From an uncultured Candidatus Woesearchaeota archaeon (GTDB taxonomy: Archaea > Nanobdellota > Nanobdellia > Woesearchaeales > B29-G15): DNA of 27,774 nucleotides. The notes beneath the pieces were generated by a model that saw only the letters and a program-made list of their open reading frames with translations, was not told where the DNA came from and made no database searches. The position numbers were made by a program, and so were the translations under genes. This document shows, one piece after another, positions 1-8,350 of the stretch (within the stretch, counting starts at the first letter, position 1; each line of letters starts with the position of its first letter). Where the stretch lies: assembly GCA_903915225.1 (NCBI GenBank), contig CAIWSB010000051.1:1-27774 (forward strand), read 5' to 3'.

Positions 1-23
1 CAAAATTAAAGAAGGATATTACA

Positions 24-1844
24 ATGAAGTCAAAACACATCTTCGCAGCTGTTTTTTGCGTATTGCTACTTGTCTCTGTCTTTGCCATTTCGGTGAATGC
101 AACAATAGGTACAACAGGCATTTCCAGCAAAGGGTCATCCAGTGCTGGTATGGAGAGGGTAATTGTTGATGATTCAAGCGGGATTCAGCCAAAATCAATC
201 AGTGATAATGGCTGTACTGTAAAGCACACGCTCAAGGGCGCAACGTCTTATGATTGCCCTGCTGGCGTTTCATTCGGCCGCCCGGCAATGATTCTTCACC
301 CAATGGATTTCAATGCAGATGTGTACATGGGTGCAGACAAGGTCTGGAGCGCAGGCTTCAAAGGCTCAGGCCAGACCGTGATCATAATTGACACAGGGAT
401 TGATGCAAGGCACCAGGAGCTCAAGGACAGCATCGTGGGCCAGTATGATTTTGTAAACAATGATAATGTTGCTGAAGATGGCTACGGCCATGGCACAATG
501 GTTGCCAGCCTGGTAACAGGCAATGGCGTCCAGCAGTACAATGGCAACTATGCCAAGGGCGTTGCCCCTGATGTTTCCATTTACATGCTCAAGGTGTGTG
601 ACAATGCAGGCAGATGCTATGAGGATGACATCGCTGCAGCAATGGATTATGCAGCCACACTCAATGGCAAGGTTGTGAGCATAAGCCTTGGAGGCACCAC
701 ATACTCTGGTCACTGCGATGGACAATTCCTCGCTGACAAGGTAAACTGGCTTGCCGATCAAGGCAAGTTTGTTGTGGTTGCAGCAGGCAATTCTGGATCA
801 GGCGTTGCATACCCAGGATGTGCCTCAAAAGCAATAGCAGTTGGTGCAACGGATCTTAATGGAAATATTGACTGGTGGTCAGGGCGCGGACCTGGCATTG
901 AGATTTTCGCACCAGGTGACCAAATGGTCGTATCAGTATCATGCATGGTCACAGGGAATTGCAACGCAAATGATTATTCAAAAGTCAGCGGAACGTCCTG
1001 CGCAACACCGCAGGTTTCAGGTGCAATTGCGCTTTTGCTCAATGCAAAGCCAACTGCAACAATCACTCAGATAAAGGATGCCCTTTTCACCTCAGTTACC
1101 TCTGTAGCAAAATGCTTCCGCTGCTCCTCCATTAGCAAGGGCAGCTGCGTGGGCTCAGTCTATCTCGACTCATGCACTACAGCAGACACCAACGGCGCGG
1201 GGATTCTCAATGTTTACCAGGCATACACAAAACTCACTGGCGGCAGCGTTAAGGACTCTGATAATGACGGAACCCCAGATAGCTCTGACCTTTGCCCAAC
1301 AACATATAGCAAGGACTGCAACGGCTGCCCTAATCTTTGCACAGGTTGCGCCATGATGAGCTGCACAGCAGGCAAAAAGCCAACGTGCACTGCAGGAGCG
1401 TGCTCAGCAACAACTTGCCCAGGCGATGGTTGCGGCAAGGGAGGCTGCGCCACAGATAAATGGGGCGACTTCCCAATATCTGTTCCAAACACATGCACAG
1501 TTTCTGGCAATTCAGGGACATGCTCTCAAAAGACCTGTACAGCAACATGCACAACAGACACCCGCTGCCAAGGCCAGCCATCCACTAAATGCTGGTCCTC
1601 GACTTACACTCCGTTACCAAAAAGCACAAGCCAGATGCAGAAATTCTGCCTATGCACAATGAATAGATACGCCTACAAGGGATATAGCTCCAAATCCGCA
1701 AGGATCACTGCCACTATTTTCTCAGACTACAAGGAGAACTTTAATTGGGCAGTCACAACTCAAATTTCATCTTACGCCGTGACTTCTGTCCAGTGCCAGG
1801 ATGGAAAATGGTACTACACAAACCAGGACTACTACCATGTCTAA
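24..1844 (+). CDS. Secreted subtilisin-like serine protease (peptidase S8) with a cysteine-rich C-terminal extension
   Basis: Hydrophobic signal-like N-terminus (IFAAVFCVLLLVSVFAISVNA). S8 catalytic motifs are present in order: VIIIDTGID (Asp), GHGTMVAS (His), AAGNSG (oxyanion Asn), SGTSCATPQVSG (Ser). The last ~190 aa are Cys-dense and contain a DSDNDGTPD calcium-site-like motif. Confidence 0.9.
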   Translation: MKSKHIFAAVFCVLLLVSVFAISVNATIGTTGISSKGSSSAGMERVIVDDSSGIQPKSISDNGCTVKHTLKGATSYDCPAGVSFGRPAMILHPMDFNADVYMGADKVWSAGFKGSGQTVIIIDTGIDARHQELKDSIVGQYDFVNNDNVAEDGYGHGTMVASLVTGNGVQQYNGNYAKGVAPDVSIYMLKVCDNAGRCYEDDIAAAMDYAATLNGKVVSISLGGTTYSGHCDGQFLADKVNWLADQGKFVVVAAGNSGSGVAYPGCASKAIAVGATDLNGNIDWWSGRGPGIEIFAPGDQMVVSVSCMVTGNCNANDYSKVSGTSCATPQVSGAIALLLNAKPTATITQIKDALFTSVTSVAKCFRCSSISKGSCVGSVYLDSCTTADTNGAGILNVYQAYTKLTGGSVKDSDNDGTPDSSDLCPTTYSKDCNGCPNLCTGCAMMSCTAGKKPTCTAGACSATTCPGDGCGKGGCATDKWGDFPISVPNTCTVSGNSGTCSQKTCTATCTTDTRCQGQPSTKCWSSTYTPLPKSTSQMQKFCLCTMNRYAYKGYSSKSARITATIFSDYKENFNWAVTTQISSYAVTSVQCQDGKWYYTNQDYYHV

Positions 1845-2520
1845 GAAAGCTTTAATCCCGGTCATTGCAGCAGCTGCACTAATTGCCTATTCGCAGCCAG
1901 TGACTGGGCAAGAGCAGCCTGTTCCTCAAGAACAGACTGCTGTTGTTGCCGAGGCTACACAGAACGTTCAAACCCCGCCTCAAACAAGGTGGGGTGGCAC
2001 AATAGAGGCTGCTTATGACACTGGCATGGGATTTTATTTTGGGCTTGGCCCGAGATATATTTTTGGAGATATTGGAAGCATAAACGGCGAAGCGATTCTG
2101 TCACCTGGGGTTTTTGGTAGCAGTAAGTCTGAAGAAGTAACTCCACAGGGCATTGTAATCAATGCAAAAACCCCACTGTCTCTCTGGGGCGCTAGAGTCA
2201 CAGGTGAAGTTGACCTTGGCACACTCGCAGAGGCATTGGAAGCTAAGGTTGAGGAATTGGCCCCAACCTTGAATAAATATGGCCTTGACTTCTCCTTAAA
2301 CCTGGATTTCCTGCAAAATTTCGGTGCACATATACGTCTCGGCGCACTGGTGGCAAATTGGGGCGATGGTGTTAATGAGCTAATCTTCCCATTAAGCTAC
2401 GGCGTCAGTTATACATTTAAGCCTCTGCCAATTGCAGTGGGCATAGAATACTGCAATGTCGGGAGCGATGTGCTAGAGGGCGGGAACTCACTTGCCCTTG
2501 TCCTTGAGGTCAAATTCTAG
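1837..2520 (+). CDS. Secreted beta-rich hypothetical protein with an OMP-like terminal strand ending in Phe
   Basis: Start chosen at MSKKALIPVIAAAALIAYS (signal-peptide-like); this ATG overlaps the protease stop (ATGTCTAA). The track ORF starts at 1801, inside the protease gene. Repeated amphipathic alternating segments and the C-terminus LALVLEVKF. No recognisable family. Confidence 0.6.
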   Translation: MSKKALIPVIAAAALIAYSQPVTGQEQPVPQEQTAVVAEATQNVQTPPQTRWGGTIEAAYDTGMGFYFGLGPRYIFGDIGSINGEAILSPGVFGSSKSEEVTPQGIVINAKTPLSLWGARVTGEVDLGTLAEALEAKVEELAPTLNKYGLDFSLNLDFLQNFGAHIRLGALVANWGDGVNELIFPLSYGVSYTFKPLPIAVGIEYCNVGSDVLEGGNSLALVLEVKF

Positions 2521-3900
2521 AACCTTTGATATCCCTGTTTTTTGTATTAGCTTCTTAATCTCACGCTCATTGAAGGAAATAATCCTCAGCACAGAGCCCA
2601 TTGTTGGCCCCACAGTGAGCACGTTGAAGAACAGCTCGCTGTACATAATGCCCTCAACCCTTCTTATCTCATGGATTCTGGGTAGGAACACAATTGATAC
2701 CAGCATCCTAACAATGCCGCTAACCAGGAATACCAGGATGAAGCTTGACCAATACATTGAATTGTGGGTCAGGATATAAGTGCCAATGAAAGAGCCAATT
2801 ATCAAGCCAACGCCATCCAGGAAGTTGTAGTACTGGACGCATGTTGCGCGTTTTTCAGATGATGTTGAGTCAAGGATATAGTTAAAGCATGCCAGCTCAA
2901 ACCCTGCCCAGACAAAGCCGCTGAATGCCTCTATGTATAAGAAATAATTAAGATCCCTCTTAACCATGTAAAGGAACGGCACAAGGGGTATCAGGAAACC
3001 GGACAGGGCAAGGATTTTCCTCGTCCCATACCTATCAGAGGCCTTCCCCCAGAGAGGTAGGCTTAGGAACTTTGTTACAACTGCAACACCTAGTATCAGC
3101 GTATATTGGAAATAGGTTAGCCCAAAGTCCTTGAGGAGGTAAACAGCAAAGAAAGGGGCAGCAATATAAACTGCCAGGTTCATGAACATCATGTAAAGCA
3201 CGAAATTGCCAAAATTAGTTCTTTTGGCATTCACAAGGAATTCCCAAAGCCCAAAGGGCGGCTTGAGCGGCGCGTATTGCTGTGGCTCCCACATCTTTTT
3301 GAGATAGTAAAGTGAGATGAATCTCGCAACAGTGGCGAGTGAGAAGATTACAACAAAACTCTGTGCCTTGGCCTCCTGGCTCCCATGGATTACGCCAAGG
3401 ATTACTGCACCAATAACCAGCCCTATAAAAGTGGAAAAATAGATTATACGGTTGCGGCGCGCAAAATAGCGCCCGCGTGCAGATTCTGCAACCAGGTCGC
3501 CCATGAGGGAATTCCATGCAGGGTAAGCAATGCGGTCAAAAATCCAGTAGAGCACTACCAGCATTATCATCGTGGGCACTGAAAGCTTGCCCATGACAAA
3601 GAGGATGATCATTGCCAGAAGTGAAAGCCCGTGTAAGAGCCCAGCTGTTAAAATCAGCCTCATCCTGGAGCCAAAAACGTGAATCAGGCGATGGGAAATC
3701 AGCTGGAACATTGAGGAAATCGCCAATGGCAGTGAACCCAATAGTCCGAGCTCGAAGTTCGTGGCCTTGAGGAAAACTCCAAATACTGTAAAGAATGAAT
3801 CTGCAAGCCCTGTTTTCAGTGAGTAAAACGCACCATCTAGTATTGAGTTATTTAGGCTTCTCTTTATTCTCTCTTCCTTTGTGAGCTCGACTTTTGACAT
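2488..3900 (-). CDS. MFS-type transporter
   Basis: About 12 hydrophobic helices with a basic loop after TM2-like segments (DLVAESARGRYFARRNR), typical of the MFS fold. Start moved to MSKVELTKEE (ATG at 3900), which has a TTTATATT box about 31 nt upstream. The 3' end overlaps the convergent gene by 33 nt. Confidence 0.75.
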   Translation of the reverse strand: MSKVELTKEERIKRSLNNSILDGAFYSLKTGLADSFFTVFGVFLKATNFELGLLGSLPLAISSMFQLISHRLIHVFGSRMRLILTAGLLHGLSLLAMIILFVMGKLSVPTMIMLVVLYWIFDRIAYPAWNSLMGDLVAESARGRYFARRNRIIYFSTFIGLVIGAVILGVIHGSQEAKAQSFVVIFSLATVARFISLYYLKKMWEPQQYAPLKPPFGLWEFLVNAKRTNFGNFVLYMMFMNLAVYIAAPFFAVYLLKDFGLTYFQYTLILGVAVVTKFLSLPLWGKASDRYGTRKILALSGFLIPLVPFLYMVKRDLNYFLYIEAFSGFVWAGFELACFNYILDSTSSEKRATCVQYYNFLDGVGLIIGSFIGTYILTHNSMYWSSFILVFLVSGIVRMLVSIVFLPRIHEIRRVEGIMYSELFFNVLTVGPTMGSVLRIISFNEREIKKLIQKTGISKVLEFDLKDKGK

Positions 3901-3961
3901 CTTTCTGCCCTTGGATGAAAATAATCTGAATATAAAGGTTTCGATGGGATTCTGCAACAGA

Positions 3962-3969
3962 TTTATAAA
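3962..3969 (+). promoter_or_regulatory. TATA box (TTTATAAA) upstream of tRNA-Pro
   Basis: The box is centred about 27 nt upstream of tRNA position 1 (3994), the canonical archaeal spacing. Confidence 0.5.
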
Positions 3970-3993
3970 ATCCAAACCTTTCCGCACCCTCGT

Positions 3994-4068
3994 GGGGCTG
4001 TAGTGTAGTTTGGTCCATCACTTAGCGTTCGGGACGCTAAAACCCCGGTTCAAATCCGGGCAGTCCCA
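3994..4068 (+). tRNA. tRNA-Pro, anticodon CGG, no encoded CCA
   Basis: Hand-folded cloverleaf. Acceptor GGGGCTG/CAGTCCC (one G-T pair), D-loop with GG, anticodon stem TAGCG/CGCTA, loop TTCGGGA (anticodon CGG, G37), T-arm CCCGG-TTCAAAT-CCGGG, discriminator A. Total length 75 nt. Confidence 0.9.
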
Positions 4069-5112
4069 CTATCTGTTTTTCTCTATTGATTGGCGCTGCA
4101 TGTCATCCACTTTTGCCACAGAAATAGTGCCGTAAGCCTCAAGCTTTGAAGAGAGCTCCTTTAGGCAGTTTGTCTTGTAATGGCCATGGAGATGTATTGT
4201 TGGGGACACCTCTGCATCAACAACCTCTGCTAGGCCACCAAAGCGGAGGTAGAGCTGGGATTCAAGCTCATCCAGCTGGGCAGTGCTCTTGCCCAAGATT
4301 ACGGTATCCTTGTCAGCCATCTTCAGGTCTACATAAATATCTACACAATATCTCTCCTCTGCGCGGCTTTCCAGGGTTACTGCATCAAAATCCCTGTATA
4401 GCTTCTCATCAACCTGCACACCGAAGTATCTTGCTGCTCCAGCTAACCAATGGTAAAACGCAAGTGCCCCAGAATCAACTACCCCCACTTGCTCCAATGT
4501 CTTTGAGCCCTTGTTGGTCTTTACCCTGGCGCTGAGCTTGCGAGGGGTTTCTTTCACTGAATTAATTGCCGTCTTATACGCGTCTGAGAAGAATTCAGAA
4601 ATGTTTTCATTTTTCTCGCCATTATATTTTCTGGCTGTGTTTGCCACATCCTTCATAACCCCAACAATAGTGCCTTCTTCTATCACTGGGTCATCCTTAT
4701 GTGAATTCTTAATTATGTGCTCGTATCCGTCAATAAATCCGCGGGCTATGTCTCCTGTGCGGAGCTTTCCTGCATGAGCTGCCTTGGAAATCCCATCCAA
4801 GAACCCTGAGAAAAAGCTGTGCATGTATTTCCCAGAGTAGCCCCTGGCCTTTTTCACAATGTTTGCCCGGAGCTGCCCAATTGCCTCATCCAGCGAGGCT
4901 ATCTTTTCCTTGACCCTGAAATTCAGCAGCACAGGTGAGACGTTCCTGCCAGTATCTCCGTCAGGTATCGGGAAGAAGTTTATCTTGTTCAGTGTCTCTG
5001 CAATCTGGGGCTTGGATTCAAAGAGGCTTGAGGCAGAGTTAACCATCCCCACGAATTGCTCAAGGGTAATTTCACTCAATGTAGGCAAGCCCCCAGGTCT
5101 TTGGCCCTGCAT
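4069..5112 (-). CDS. DAK2/DhaL-domain protein, FakA-like (N-terminal and middle domains only)
   Basis: DGDTGRN motif in the expected N-terminal context of DhaL/Dak2. The C-terminal half carries FakA/YloV-like motifs (RYCVDIYV, IHLHGH, KVDDMQRQ). The ATG at 5112 overlaps the upstream gene by 41 nt; a TTG at 5079 is an alternative start. Confidence 0.65.
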   Translation of the reverse strand: MQGQRPGGLPTLSEITLEQFVGMVNSASSLFESKPQIAETLNKINFFPIPDGDTGRNVSPVLLNFRVKEKIASLDEAIGQLRANIVKKARGYSGKYMHSFFSGFLDGISKAAHAGKLRTGDIARGFIDGYEHIIKNSHKDDPVIEEGTIVGVMKDVANTARKYNGEKNENISEFFSDAYKTAINSVKETPRKLSARVKTNKGSKTLEQVGVVDSGALAFYHWLAGAARYFGVQVDEKLYRDFDAVTLESRAEERYCVDIYVDLKMADKDTVILGKSTAQLDELESQLYLRFGGLAEVVDAEVSPTIHLHGHYKTNCLKELSSKLEAYGTISVAKVDDMQRQSIEKNR

Positions 5113-6007
5113 GCACTCCCAGCTCAGGCCCTATTGGGCCAATTGGAATATATTTTTTTGTCTTTTGGGCAATCATAGCTGCCAAGTTCTGGGCAGGCTC
5201 ATACGTGGCCGGGGCAGAGAACACAACAGCAGCCTGCTCAATTCTCTTTGGCACCATCTGAAGCAGCTTTTTGTTTATGCCATCGGCTCCGCTGAATGCT
5301 ATGCCCCCTAAACCCATGTGGCCTCTATGGAGCTTAAGTATTGGCACAATAAACTTATCAAGCTTGAATTTGGAAGCTGTCCCCATTGCCTTGTTTACAA
5401 AAGATTTGACCCGGCCGCCATGGGAAGCATAGTACAAGTCCCCCAATGCGGCAAGCACAGTCACCCTACTAATTTTTCCTTGGACTTGGCCAGCAACATA
5501 ATCTCCACTTTTACCTTGATTAAGCAAATCCACGCCATACATGGCCAGAAGCCCAAGCCCCACAGAAGCGGTTTCACCGCAGATAGCTTTTACCCCTAAC
5601 TCCCCTGCAACCTTTGCCACAACAGCATAAGTTCCTGAGAGGTTCTCGTCAGTCTTACTGTCTTTCTGGATAATTGATATTACTATTGCCCCCTCGCATC
5701 CCGTCTTTTGAAATAGGTTCTTGAAATAATCCCTTATCGAGTCCTCATCTGGCTGCGAGGTTCCGGGCATCTCTATTTTTGCCTTTTTTCGCTGGAGGAG
5801 TAGCTCAAAAAGGTTGTTATTGATTTTGGTTAGCTCCTCTCCATAGCCCTGCTCCTCTTTTAATCCGTAGATGGGCTTATAGTTCACACTGGCCGGGTTT
5901 TCGACACCAGTAACCCACACGGGCAGAACACCGATGCCCTTCTCAACCAGCATCTCGAGTGGCAAACCCGGATAGCTGGCGGTTACAATCCTAATTCCCC
6001 CTGCCAT
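5072..6007 (-). CDS. DegV-family (FakB-like) fatty-acid-binding protein
   Basis: N-terminal IRIVTASYPGLP resembles the DegV IAIVTDSxxDLP start, and an internal LSGTY motif is present. An ATTTAAAATT box lies about 28 nt upstream of the ATG, so the transcript may be leaderless. Confidence 0.6.
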   Translation of the reverse strand: MAGGIRIVTASYPGLPLEMLVEKGIGVLPVWVTGVENPASVNYKPIYGLKEEQGYGEELTKINNNLFELLLQRKKAKIEMPGTSQPDEDSIRDYFKNLFQKTGCEGAIVISIIQKDSKTDENLSGTYAVVAKVAGELGVKAICGETASVGLGLLAMYGVDLLNQGKSGDYVAGQVQGKISRVTVLAALGDLYYASHGGRVKSFVNKAMGTASKFKLDKFIVPILKLHRGHMGLGGIAFSGADGINKKLLQMVPKRIEQAAVVFSAPATYEPAQNLAAMIAQKTKKYIPIGPIGPELGVHAGPKTWGLAYIE

Positions 6008-6119
6008 GGTCTAAAGGAAGAAGTAAGGGTATTTAAAATTTGTTGGAGAACCACGCAGCGATGAGAGGTAACTAGAAACCCAAAAGTTTTATTAAGGTTT
6101 GATGCGAAAACAATGTAGA

Positions 6120-6443
6120 ATGAATTGGATTAATAAGGAAGGCTACTCAACGAAAATCCTAGCCAGCGGAAGCAAAATTAACTGCAAGGGCTGCGAGATA
6201 CAATTAGTCAGATTCCAGAAAGGGAAATATTCTCATTACCATAAGAAAAAGACTGAATTCTTTTACTTCACAAAAGGTAGGGGAAGGGTAATTATTGACG
6301 GCAAAGAAAGAGTCTTATCCGAAGGATCTATTGTGATAGTGAAACCAAACCAGAGACATACTTTTATGAATGATTCTAATGAACTTCTCCAGGCAATTAT
6401 GTTGAAAACCAATAATAGCCCAAGGGATACATACACTGATTAA
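6120..6443 (+). CDS. Cupin-domain protein
   Basis: Cupin motif 1-like GKYSHYHKKKTEFFYFTKG and motif 2-like GSIVIVKPNQRHTFMN. The ATG at 6120 sits about 27 nt downstream of the TTTTATTAA box (6087-6095). In-frame alternatives are the ATG at 6102 and the TTG at 6099. Confidence 0.7.
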   Translation: MNWINKEGYSTKILASGSKINCKGCEIQLVRFQKGKYSHYHKKKTEFFYFTKGRGRVIIDGKERVLSEGSIVIVKPNQRHTFMNDSNELLQAIMLKTNNSPRDTYTD

Positions 6444-6532
6444 GAGTTTCAGAATCTTAAGGGTTTTAGAAAATCCTCCTCTAATCAACCGAAAGGCTTA
6501 AATTCATGCACTAATTATAGTGTACACACAAA

Positions 6533-6670
6533 ATGCCAACATTCACTGTTTCCATCCCAGCGGAATTAAAGAGGAGGCTTGAGGAGCATCCGGAAATCCA
6601 CTGGGCGGAATTTCTCAAGGGAAGGTTTGAGCTTCGTTTGAGGGATTTACAAAAGAGGGCGGAAAAATAA
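6533..6670 (+). CDS. Small antitoxin-like protein (45 aa, not in the ORF track)
   Basis: Translates to MPTFTVSIPAELKRRLEEHPEIHWAEFLKGRFELRLRDLQKRAEK. Its N-terminus is paralogous to the next ORF (M-x-T-[FL]-T-[VL]-S-[IV]-x-x-E-[LF]-x-x-x-L ... W). The stop abuts the next ATG (TAAATG). Confidence 0.5.
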   Translation: MPTFTVSIPAELKRRLEEHPEIHWAEFLKGRFELRLRDLQKRAEK

Positions 6671-6967
6671 ATGGCAACCCTTACTCTGTCTGTCAGTGAG
6701 GAGTTCCGGAACAAGCTAAGGGGGATTTCCTGGGTAAACTGGAGCGGGGTTGCACGTGAGGAGCTCCAAAAGAGGCTAATTTTTGAGAACTATCTAAAGA
6801 AGAAAAAGCTCAGCAAAGAGGATTGGGAATTCTGCGAAAGGATTGACTGGCATCCAGTCGATGAGCTCCCTCTGAAAAAAGGCTTCATTGAAAAAATGAG
6901 GCATTGGGGCGGGGAAAAGCCTATTAAGGTCTCAATTAAAGAGCTTTTTGATGGGCTACGCCATTGA
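6671..6967 (+). CDS. Antitoxin-like protein upstream of the RelE-family toxin
   Basis: N-terminal MATLTLSVSEEFRNKLRG resembles short beta-strand/helix antitoxin DNA-binding N-termini. It overlaps the downstream toxin gene by 17 nt. Confidence 0.55.
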   Translation: MATLTLSVSEEFRNKLRGISWVNWSGVAREELQKRLIFENYLKKKKLSKEDWEFCERIDWHPVDELPLKKGFIEKMRHWGGEKPIKVSIKELFDGLRH

Positions 6968-7214
6968 GGTTATCCCCTCATGCAAAAAGAGCATAACAAA
7001 ACTCTGCCAAAGGAATCCTTCTCTCGAAAATGCCCTCCGAAGAAAAATCGAAGAGGTTATTGAAAATCCGCTCAGGTTTAAGCCGCTTCAGCACTCATTT
7101 GCTGGAGAGTATCGAGTCCATATCCTAAAGAGCTTTGTGCTTATTTATAGAGTCGATGGGGCCACAGTAAGGTTACTTTTCTTTGGGCACCATGATGAGG
7201 CTTATAGAATCTAA
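6951..7214 (+). CDS. relE: RelE/ParE-superfamily type II toxin
   Basis: About 87 aa with the typical layout: IEVIPSCKKSITKL, NPLRFKPL, YRVHI, FVLIYRVDG, VRLLFFGHHDEAYR. Overlaps the preceding small ORF. Confidence 0.75.
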   Translation: MGYAIEVIPSCKKSITKLCQRNPSLENALRRKIEEVIENPLRFKPLQHSFAGEYRVHILKSFVLIYRVDGATVRLLFFGHHDEAYRI

Positions 7215-7241
7215 CACTATTTAGAATAAATTCATGAACAT

Positions 7242-8180
7242 CTAATGGAATGAGCCGAAAAGATACGAGCCTTTGACCCTCTGGCCGCCTACGCCAGTCA
7301 GCACATTTCTCAGTATATCTATCTTACTAGCATAGCCCTTCATTGTCTCAAATTCTGGTGTATTTAATGGTGGATGGTAATCATGGCTCGCAACTAGCTT
7401 GACGAAATCGCCAAATGCAGCCACAAACCCAGATACCATCGTGCTTCTCTCATCCAAAAACCCTCTCCAGGGCGTCCCCCCACAATCCCTCAGCGATGAT
7501 ACTGCATAAAAATCCTCATCCAACCTGCTCGGGAGTGTCTCTGCCTGATGGCACAGGCTTGAAACATAAGAAACAGCATACTCAAGCCCACGGTTTGCCC
7601 CTAGCAATTTTCCCACAAAATCAGACATTGCCCCCAGGATTTCCTGGCCCTCTTTAGCGGATATATTCTTTCCTGCAGCCTCAAATCTTCTCAGACCTAT
7701 GTAAAGCGGGTTAAACCCCTCTTCCCTAGTTAGTTGGTGAACCCCATCACTTGACAATCGGTCAACAAGCTTATGAACCCGTTTTTCAGATTCCCTGGAA
7801 GGTTGACCTGCCTCAACTTCCTGAAGGTGCTCCTCAATCGCCTCTTTTAACTCAGGCAGCATATCATTTATGAGCAGCAGCGGTTGGATTGAATACATAA
7901 CCTCACTTGGAAAGGCTTCTCTGGCCCGATAGAAGGACATATCCTCCATGAGCTGTTCAAGATCCTCAACTTCCTTTCTCAAAGCCGTTACATAATTCTC
8001 CTGGTGTTTAGGTAAGAATTGCGCTAGTGAAAGGGTGTAACTAAAGACAACTATTCTGTTGCATAGTGCCCCATTCAGCAAAGAATCCTTGACAAATGAC
8101 TGGTAACCAGGGCCATCCTTATTATCTATATATTCTTTGACCCTTTCCCTCAAGGTCTTGATTCGAGTGCCAGTTTCCAT
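7242..8180 (-). CDS. Hypothetical protein (312 aa, probably alpha-helical, cytoplasmic)
   Basis: Long ORF with no overlapping better candidate. A TATA-like TTATTAAA lies about 27 nt upstream of the ATG. I recognise no motif. Confidence 0.6.
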   Translation of the reverse strand: METGTRIKTLRERVKEYIDNKDGPGYQSFVKDSLLNGALCNRIVVFSYTLSLAQFLPKHQENYVTALRKEVEDLEQLMEDMSFYRAREAFPSEVMYSIQPLLLINDMLPELKEAIEEHLQEVEAGQPSRESEKRVHKLVDRLSSDGVHQLTREEGFNPLYIGLRRFEAAGKNISAKEGQEILGAMSDFVGKLLGANRGLEYAVSYVSSLCHQAETLPSRLDEDFYAVSSLRDCGGTPWRGFLDERSTMVSGFVAAFGDFVKLVASHDYHPPLNTPEFETMKGYASKIDILRNVLTGVGGQRVKGSYLFGSFH

Positions 8181-8248
8181 ATTATTTATGTAAACTCACC
8201 TAATTTAATAAGTTTTCTCTTGGAAGTGGTTAATAAACTATCCAAAAT

Positions 8249-8257
8249 CTTTATAAA
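8249..8257 (+). promoter_or_regulatory. TATA box (CTTTATAAA) of the rps15 transcription unit
   Basis: It lies about 98 nt upstream of the rps15 ATG and about 30 nt upstream of a short upstream ORF whose ATG is at 8283. Confidence 0.4.
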
Positions 8258-8350
8258 CCCCCCAAAATCACTACCCTCAACGATGGGTGTTCCGGTTCCG
8301 ACTGGGGCATACCGGGAGGCTGTTTCTGGTCTCCCACAAGGAGGCAAAAA

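Noticed and set aside
366-1662. Several short ORFs on both strands inside the S8 protease gene
   Set aside because: They lie wholly inside a gene with an unambiguous catalytic-triad frame, and they have no independent signals.
2488-2520. 33-nt convergent overlap between the beta-rich protein gene and the MFS gene as a possible mis-call or frameshift
   Set aside because: Both ORFs end at clean stops with plausible C-termini (the LVLEVKF strand on one, a Lys-rich cytoplasmic tail on the other). I noted the overlap, but there is no evidence of an error.
3901-3987. N-terminal extension of the MFS ORF up to the tRNA gene
   Set aside because: The extension would cover the likely promoter (TTTATATT box about 31 nt upstream of the ATG at 3900) and would run to within 7 nt of the tRNA. 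MSKVELTKEE is a typical cytoplasmic MFS N-terminus.
6511-6714. 67-aa minus-strand ORF
   Set aside because: It is antisense to two plus-strand paralogous antitoxin-like ORFs that abut each other and lead into the relE-like gene.
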